Assembly: GCA_951406725.2 (NCBI GenBank) | Contig: OX597825.1 | Span: 83,018,001-83,082,000 of the forward strand | Reading direction: 5' to 3' | DNA from: Octopus vulgaris | Taxonomy: Eukaryota | DNA length: 64,000 nucleotides | Part shown: positions 55,011 through 64,000 of the stretch, in pieces | How the letters are laid out: every line of letters begins with the position of its first letter | Position numbering within the stretch: position 1 is the first letter of the stretch | Notes under the pieces: generated by a model | Database searches by the model: none | Told to the model about the DNA's origin: nothing | The model's input: the letters and a program-made list of their open reading frames with translations, nothing else | Made by a program: the position numbers and the translations under genes

Positions 55011-55210
55011 ATAACAACCACCACTGCTGCTACAACTACTACTAGTATTATTACCACCCTACCACAACCACAACCATGTCCATGCCGATCACAACCACTA
55101 CAACTACTAGCATTACTACTACTGCTGCTACTACTACTACCACTACTAGTATTACTACAACTCCTACTGCTGCTGCGACTCCTACTGCTGCTGCGACTCC
55201 TACTGCTGTG

Positions 55211-55241
<31 letters not shown>

Positions 55242-55764
55242 ACACTGCTACCAACAATATTACTAACACTAGGACCCACGCCTCAACCACCACCGACAAC
55301 ATCAAAAACAACAACAGTAATATAATTACAAAATTAACAATGGTACTACAACCTATACTATCTCCATCACCACCACCACCACCACCAGCACTACCATCTC
55401 CTCTACGGAGAAATACACTAACAATACAAGACAATATGAACAACGGTGCTAACACCAACACCAGAACTACCACCTCTACATATACCACCGCCACTACCAT
55501 CAATACAAGCACCATAACACTAACACCACCACTGAAAGCACTAGACCCAAAACCAACGCCATCAGCAACAACTGCAACTGCAACATTAGCACCAACACCA
55601 CCAATGTCAGCAACCACACCAGCATCTCTACTAATACCACAGCCAATACTCAGTTCTACAAATACCACCTTGAATACTACTACCTATACTATATTCAACA
55701 TCACCACAAACGTCCACAGAAATACACCCATCACCAACGTCACCATCATAACCAAAACGCAATG

Positions 55765-55972
55765 TGTGTGTGTGCTTGCTCGTCTCCCATCGCCGCTTGA
55801 CAGCCGGTGTTGGTGAGTTTGCGTCTCCGTAGCTCTAGCGGTTCAGCATAATAAACCGATAGAATAAGAACCAGGTTTTAAGGAATGAAGTACCAGGGGT
55901 CGATTCATTCCGTTAAAAATCATCAAGGTGATACTCCAGCATGGCCGCTGTCTAAAGACAAGTGAAATTAAA
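55765..55972 (+). mobile_element. SINE A 3' half (older)
   Basis: CATCGCCGCTTGACA...CTCCAGCATGGCCGC. Confidence 0.78.
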
Positions 55973-55981
55973 TGATACATA

Positions 55982-56077
<96 letters not shown>

Positions 56078-56221
56078 TGTGTATGTATGTATATATATAT
56101 ATATATATATATATACATACATATACATATATATATTATGTATATAATATATATATATATATATGTGTGTGTATGTGTGTATACATAAATATATGTATAT
56201 ATATATATATGTGTGTGTGTC

Positions 56222-56295
<74 letters not shown>

Positions 56296-56363
56296 CACCG
56301 CCGACAGCACATGAGACACCACCACCGCACCAAGCACAGCTACTACTGTTTCTACGACTAATA

Positions 56364-56530
56364 CTGCCGTGGGAGGTACTTCATTCACATGTTTTCATAC
56401 CGTGCCATTCATGTTTAGCTAGAGGGGAGAGTCAATTGACTGGAACATACCTCCCACTTCAACTCCTTGCCTAAAGTCACGTGGCCAGCGGACTGACGCT
56501 CGAAGTCCAATATCACTATTATCAACTACT
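56364..56530 (+). mobile_element. Element E copy 3 (diverged, headless)
   Basis: CTGCCGTGGGAGG...CATACCTCCCACTTCAACTCCT shared. Confidence 0.65.
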
Positions 56531-57619
56531 ACTACTACTACTACTACAACTACTACTATCACTGCTGCTGCTATCCCCATCACCAATATTACAACCATCG
56601 ATGGCACTATTACCGCCAAAGCCAACGCCAGCACCGTTTCCAACAACATCGCTACGAATAACAGCCACACGAAACCCCTGTAATAATTATTAAAATAAAG
56701 GTTGCTAATCTAGGCATGAAACCTGTAATTTGGGGGCGGCGGCGGGGGGGGGGGGGTGTATTGGCAGTGAGTATCATGGGCCCAAGTATATTACTGGTAC
56801 AGTATTTTATTGCCAAGAGGAAGAAAAAAAATTGAAATGCAAAGTTGATCTCAGCGGGATTTGAACTCCGAATGTAAAGATCCGGAAGAAATACTGCTAA
56901 GGATTTTTGTCCCATGCTCTCACAGGTCTGTCAGCTCGCCGTCTTAGTTTCAAATTTTGGCAGAGAGTCAGTGATAATTTGTTAGGGGGCGGGATAGGGT
57001 ATTCAGTCGGTACTTGTATTTCACTATTTGACTATACGGCCTTTTATTGTCCCCAGATGAATGTAAGGCAAAGTTGTTCTTGGTGGGATTCGAACTGTGA
57101 ACCCAAAAACGGAACGAGAGCTACTAACCATTTTTCCGAAGCCCTGACGATTCGGTCAGCTTTCTGCCTTCACAATAATAATGTTGTTGTTGATGATGAT
57201 AATGATGATGATGCATTTTTTTAATTGGTCACAAATGTCCGAGTCATCGAGAGGCCTCTACATAGGACGATATAGAGCCCGCAAATTGACGATTACAGTT
57301 TATCTCCAAGGTCAGCAATTTTGAAACGAAGGGGGTCAATCAATGTCATGAACCCTAGTATGCAAATGGGATGTCACTGTAGCGATACCAGGACAGATGT
57401 ACGGCAAAAATTGGCGCCAGTGGTGATTGAACTCAAAACGTTCAAGTAACGCTGTCTGGTATTGATGAGATTGTCAAGCTCATCTGCGTACGATTTGAAC
57501 GTAGAACGCAAGGAACCAGGCAAAATACAGCAATTCGTATTAATCGATGCTCTGGCGATTCTGTCAATCGTTGTAATAACAACAACAACAATAGGAACAA
57601 TAAAAATAACAACAACAAT

Positions 57620-57655
<36 letters not shown>

Positions 57656-58071
57656 AGCAATAATAATAATAATCCTTTCTGCTAAAGGCACAAGACTTGA
57701 AATATTATGGGGTGGGGGAATAGTCGATTACATCGACCCCAGTATGTAACTGGTACCTAATTTAACGACCCCGAAAGGATGAAAGGAAAAGTCGACCTCG
57801 GCGGAATTTGAACTCAGAACGTAGCGGCAGAAGAAATACCTATTTCTTTACTACCCACAAGGGACTAAAGACAGAAAGGACAAACAAGGACAGACAAACG
57901 GATTAAGTCGATTACATCGACCCCAGTGCCTAACTGGTACTTATTTAATCGACCCCGAAAGAATGAAAGGAAAAGTCGACCTCGGCGGAATTTGAACTCA
58001 GAACGTAACCGCAGACGAAATACCGCTTAGCATTTCGCCTGGCGTGCTAACGTTTCTGCCATATCGCTGCT

Positions 58072-58073
<2 letters not shown>

Positions 58074-58139
<66 letters not shown>

Positions 58140-58145
58140 AATAAC

Positions 58146-58211
<66 letters not shown>

Positions 58212-58235
58212 TAATAATTACAATAACAATAATAA
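58074..58235. repeat. (AAT)n microsatellite
   Basis: Direct reading; SINE B' tail-derived. Confidence 0.95.
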
Positions 58236-58365
58236 TCCATTCTACTACTAGTACAGGGCCTTGAAATTTTTGTGGGGACGGACTTGTCAATTACATTGAC
58301 CCCAGAACTTCACTGGTACTTAATTTATCGACCTCGAAAAGCAAAAAGTCGGAGTCGACACGCAT

Positions 58366-58724
58366 GAAGAAGAAGAAAAAGAAGAAGAAGAAGAAGAAGA
58401 AGAAGAAGAAAAAGAAGAAGAAGAAGAAGAAGAAGAAGAAGAAGAAGAAGAAGAAGAAGAAGAAGAAGAAGGAGAAGAAGAAGAAGAAGAAGAAGAAGAA
58501 GAAGAAGAAGAAGAAGAAAAAGAAGAAGAGGAAGAAGAAGGAGAAGAAGAAGAAGAAGAAGGAAGAAGAAGAAGGAGGAGAAGAAGGAGAAGAAGAAGAA
58601 GAAGAAGAAGAAAAAGAAAAAAGAAAGAAGAAAAGAAGAAGAAGAAGAAGAAGAAGAAGAAGAAGAAGAAGAAGAAGAAGAAGAAGAAGAAGAAGAAGAA
58701 GGAAGAAGAAAAAGAAGAAGAAGA
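58366..58724. repeat. (GAA)n purine microsatellite
   Basis: About 360 bp of pure purine; source of the poly-K/E/R ORF. Confidence 0.97.
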
Positions 58725-59754
58725 ATGGTCTGTTATATTGGCCCAAGGCCGGCAATTTTGAGCGGAGACGGTTTGTCACCCCCGAACTTGTCTGATACTT
58801 TATTTTGTCGATACCGGAAGCTAGAAAGCTAAAGTTGACCTCGTCGGGATTTAAACCCCAGCAGTGTAAAGAACTAAAACAAATACTTCAAGCCACTTTG
58901 TTCGACGCTCTAATAATTGTGACCAGCAGAGAAACAGCAAGTTACTCAAGCAGAAAGTGTCCTTAAAACAGACATCCGTACTTAGCAGGTACTTTATTTT
59001 GTCGGTTCCACATGTATGAAAAGTGCATGAAATTTCACATCAAAAAGATTTAAAATCAGAACATAATGAACTACGATATATATGGTGAGACATCTTATCC
59101 AACGTTCTTAAGATTCCGCTAATGTACCGCAACGGCCAGAAATTTAAGAAGGATGATTACACGTTGAAAATACCCATAGTATATAACTGGTACATAATTA
59201 TATTTACCCAGAAAGACAAAGAGGTAATTTCACCTTATGGTATCGAGCAAGAAAAATGCACCTTTGTATCATAAGGCCAGAAGATCTGAAATTTTTGTGG
59301 GGAAGGCTCTGGTCGATTACATCGACACCAGTTCATCACTGGTATATATTGTATCGATCCTCAAAGGATGAAAGGCAAATTCAATGAGCAGAAATTGGGC
59401 TCAGAACGTCAAGAGGGGCGAGATGTCGCTAGTGTTACTAAGTTGATATAACGTACAAGGCCAATAAGTTAGAGGGGGTGATAAGTCAATACTCAAGACT
59501 CACGTACTTGACTAGCATCTTGTTTTACTGACCCTGAAGGGAGAAAGTCAAAGCTCACTTTGGCGGGATTTGAACTCAGTGCTTTGTGATAGCAGACCAC
59601 GAAACAAGGTTGTAATTCCTCCCCGCTGGGCAATATGTTTTTGAAGCTCTAACGATTTCTGTCAACCTATCGTCCTTAATAAATGCAGCAGTGGCAATAA
59701 CGGATATGAAGGCTAGTTAACATAAGTATATTGATGGACAAAGAAAAATTTAAC

Positions 59755-59809
<55 letters not shown>

Positions 59810-59990
59810 CACACACACACACAAGCACACACACACACACGTTGAGAGTGCAGCCGCACGAAGCCCCTCCAGCTAGCATTCATTCAAGTATTTTATATAT
59901 ATCTATATATGCATGTATATAAGTATGTATGTGATAAATGTATACTATGTACACAAGCCTATATACATGTACAAACACACGCACACAAAA

Positions 59991-60027
<37 letters not shown>

Positions 60028-60036
60028 TATGTATAA

Positions 60037-60083
<47 letters not shown>

Positions 60084-60166
60084 AAAATACATTACATATT
60101 AGGAATTATTGCTCGCGTTTGTAAAATTTAAGTTATACGCCTAAACGTTTACAAACACACACGCAT

Positions 60167-60208
<42 letters not shown>

Positions 60209-60619
60209 CACGCGCACACACGCAAGCACACACGGGCACACAGCAAAATACATCCATTCATGTGGCACAAGTAAAGTTTTGACAAACATATTGCAAACTT
60301 TTATATACGATAACAAACTCGTATGAATACATTGGCGCTAATGGAAGCAAGCCTGTTCCTTGCCGAGTTCTGTTGAGAAGAATTGCTGCTGCTACTGCTA
60401 CCGCTGCTGCTGATAATGATGCTGCTACTGTGGCTGATCATTTCTTTATTTGATTTAATTTTGTTTTTCTTCGAAACCCACACTCATACATCATTGGGCA
60501 TAAACACACACATATACATACACACACATAAATACACGCAGAACCACGCAGACAATTGCGAAACAAGAAGTTTGAGTTTCAAAAACTGGTTATATGTATA
60601 TATATGCATATATGTATAC

Positions 60620-60657
<38 letters not shown>

Positions 60658-60692
60658 ATATATATATATATAGCTATATATATATATATACC

Positions 60693-60724
<32 letters not shown>

Positions 60725-61012
60725 CATATAAGCATATACATACATATATGCAAACACACACACATTTGTACCAACACATATGATCCTGATAATATATATT
60801 TATATACACAAATGCATTTACATACAGCCCTAACCCCCAAACACATATGTGTGTATATATATATATACATACATATATATATATATATATCCATACACAT
60901 ACACATATATATATACTTATATATATACGTATATATATATACGGTATATATATATATATACATATATATATGTATAAATATATACGTATATATATATATA
61001 TATGTACATATA

Positions 61013-61060
<48 letters not shown>

Positions 61061-61061
<1 letters not shown>

Positions 61062-61112
61062 CAAAAACTGTCTGATGAACGGCAACGAGAAACTCAGAGT
61101 AACAGATTTTGT
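61061..61112 (+). ncRNA. Type I hammerhead ribozyme motif
   Basis: Stem I ACAAAAACUGU/ACAGAUUUUGU (10 of 11 bp), CUGAUGA 61072-61078, CG-GCAA-CG stem II, GAAA, ACUC-A-GAGU stem III, GUA site (after 61101). Confidence 0.75.
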
Positions 61113-61208
61113 TGAATTTTCTGCTGCTTTTAAATAAAGCATATTACTCTACCACTGGTATTTGAGTACTCTTTTTTCCACCTTGTTTCACATGTATGTG
61201 TTTACTCC

Positions 61209-61210
<2 letters not shown>
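61061..61210 (+). mobile_element. 150-bp HHR-headed non-autonomous PLE-like element
   Basis: Begins exactly at HHR stem I, with (TA)n on both sides. Confidence 0.7.
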
Positions 61211-61560
<350 letters not shown>

Positions 61561-61817
61561 CATATACACACGTACTCATAGAAGAACAAACACACATACA
61601 CACGCACAAACACATACACATAACCACACTCCAACACACAATTTCAGAAATGCATGTGTTGTTGTGTGATGCTGATCGCAGTGCTCAAAGCAAAAGACAG
61701 TCACACACAGCCTCGCGGGTATCTGTAATTTCTGAATGGAATTTCATAGACAAACAGTTACTGTACACACACAGACACGCATATGTGTGTTTGTGTGTTT
61801 GCGTAAATGTGCGTTTG

Positions 61818-61853
<36 letters not shown>

Positions 61854-62038
61854 TACATATATATATACATCATACATACACACACACACACACACACGCG
61901 CGCACACACACGTATGTATATATATGCTTGTGTGTGTCTAATATTTGGGACTAATGAGTATATGTCAGTATGCTGATGTGTTGAGTAAAGCACGGTCACA
62001 GTTTGGGTTACCTGGTGTCATAAATAAATATATATTTA

Positions 62039-62130
<92 letters not shown>

Positions 62131-62273
62131 CGTATTGGGATATTTATCCATATACAAATGTAATACACATATAAGTACATATATATTTACATATATATGT
62201 ATATGTATATATAAATATCCTTTAATTCCCAGAGTAACTCCATTTATATATATATACATATATACATACATAC

Positions 62274-62324
<51 letters not shown>

Positions 62325-62674
62325 GATATATACATACATACAAATAGATTTATACAAATATATATATATATCCATCTATCCATTTCTCTCTCTCTCTCTC
62401 TCTTTCTCTCTCTTTATAAATATCTACATATATATATATATATAAACACAAAGACACGTTCGTATATGTACTGCTTGTGTTGACGCTAGTCCGGCGCCCA
62501 TGGCTGTCGGTCCATCAACAGGAATGAAATAGTTCATTGGTCTTACCTTAGAGAGGAAATTCTCCGTCTCCTTCTAACTCCACTTTCAAATACACAGCAA
62601 CGACAACAACAACAACAACAACAACAACAACATCAGGCACACCTATACCAGTAACTGCAGCCGAAGCAGCAGTT

Positions 62675-62723
<49 letters not shown>

Positions 62724-62780
62724 CTCAAACACACCTTTTTATTAATGTATAATTATGCATGTATATATATATATATATAC

Positions 62781-62823
<43 letters not shown>

Positions 62824-63409
62824 GAAAGAGAGAGAGAGATAGAGAGATTGATTGATTGATAGATAGATAGATATAGATGTATAGATAAGTATATATATAT
62901 ATGTATATATATAAATATATAAAGGCAAACGACAAATATATGAAGAGGAGAAATGAAGGAAGAACTGAAGAAAGAAATGAATGAAGGGAAGGGATAGCTG
63001 GAAGGAAAATGGTAAAACAAAAGGAGGCAGGGGTAGACGAAGATCAGTGAAATGTCTACTACACCCACTCATGTTCGGTCTAAACGCCTACACATACCAT
63101 GATAGTTGTTTGGCTTCTAGCTATAAAGCAAAGCCGGGCTTGTTGCAGACGTTGAGAGGCTGTAACAGCAGTACAAGCATCCAGACCACAGCATCACCTG
63201 ACCTCTATTGCTCCATCAACACACACACACACACACATACACATACACACACACACATGCACACACATACACACATTTCTCAGTTATTATCCATTCAGAC
63301 TTTCAACGGTTTAATGGCAATAAATAGAAGCTTTTTTTTTTTCCTTTTTTTTTTCTTTTTGTAATTTATTATTGTTGTTGTTCTCGTTGTTGATGTCCTG
63401 TTGTGGTAG

Positions 63410-63480
63410 CTTGTTGTTTAGTGCTGATCGAGCAGATTCCAATTTCGAAAGGTACTCCAACTATGACCATCCAGTGTAAA
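63410..63480 (-). mobile_element. Old SINE D tail fragment
   Basis: TTGTTGTTTAG..CTGATCGAGCAGA...TGACCATCC; similar remnants at ~145-210 and 63915-63985. Confidence 0.45.
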
Positions 63481-63519
63481 TCTTGTTCCCGCATATTATT
63501 ATCATTGTTATTATTATCA

Positions 63520-63589
<70 letters not shown>

Positions 63590-64000
63590 TGCTACTGGCA
63601 TAGTGTACCTACGGCTACATCACATAATGTATCCTTTGTTTATGTTTTGTTGCTGTTGTTGTTGATGATGATGATGGTGATTGAAACGATGATGATGATG
63701 ATGATGACGACGACGACGACTACGATGATGATGATGATGTTTTTTGCGTTCGGTGAAGCTGATGATGTCGTGTAGCTCCGGTTTGGCCCCTTTGCTTAAC
63801 AAATGTTCCATCCGTGACAGTCCCTTCTGCTGTTCAAACATATACATAACAGACTAGATTATGTAACCTATCCTTTGTTGTTGTTGTTGTTTTTCTTCTT
63901 CTTCTTCGTGCTGTTATTACTCTCGGTTCACCCCGTATCGGCATCTCAGTCGAACAAGCGTTCCGGCCGTGACAATCCCATCCGTTCTGCAGACATAATG

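Larger units (their letters stand above)
56700..59680 (-). mobile_element. Array of ~10 co-oriented SINE B'/B copies
   Basis: CAAGGCC...TGGTAC...GGRATTTGAAC motifs recur at ~200-300 bp spacing; young chimeric dimer at 57673-58073. Confidence 0.72.

Noticed and set aside
55076-55816. 246-aa Thr/Pro-rich mucin-like ORF
   Set aside because: Decayed ACT/ACC repeats are stop-poor in this frame; the ORF starts in an element E tail and ends in SINE A; no splice support
58364-58795. Poly-K/E/R ORF
   Set aside because: (GAA)n tract interrupting a SINE B'

Overview
Eukaryotic, AT-rich, repeat-saturated non-coding DNA. The SINE families and extreme microsatellite load point to an Octopus (coleoid cephalopod) genome; this is inferred from recalled repeat sequences, not from a search. 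No convincing host protein-coding exon was found, and nearly all listed ORFs are translations of microsatellites. Contents: (i) dozens of tRNA-derived SINEs, labelled here A, B/B', C, D, E and F; (ii) LINE 3' fragments (a young RTE end at 5360-5850, a CR1/L2-like end at 30388-30584 that shares its tail with SINE A, and a decayed RTE piece); (iii) a Mutator-type MITE with a 9-bp TSD and other fold-back elements; (iv) long simple repeats. The main hidden signal is a set of type-I hammerhead ribozyme (HHR) motifs of the kind associated with Penelope-like elements (PLEs): eight loci from roughly seven unrelated small element types, mostly abutting (TA)n tracts. They include a perfect 132-bp palindrome that encodes an HHR on both strands (second copy at 61.2 kb) and a tRNA-headed, Pol III-type SINE whose body carries a minimal dimer-type HHR, present as an inverted duplication (51181-51818). 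SINE B also forms multimers through one invariant junction. Boundaries of old repeats are approximate, and all RNA folds were done by eye.
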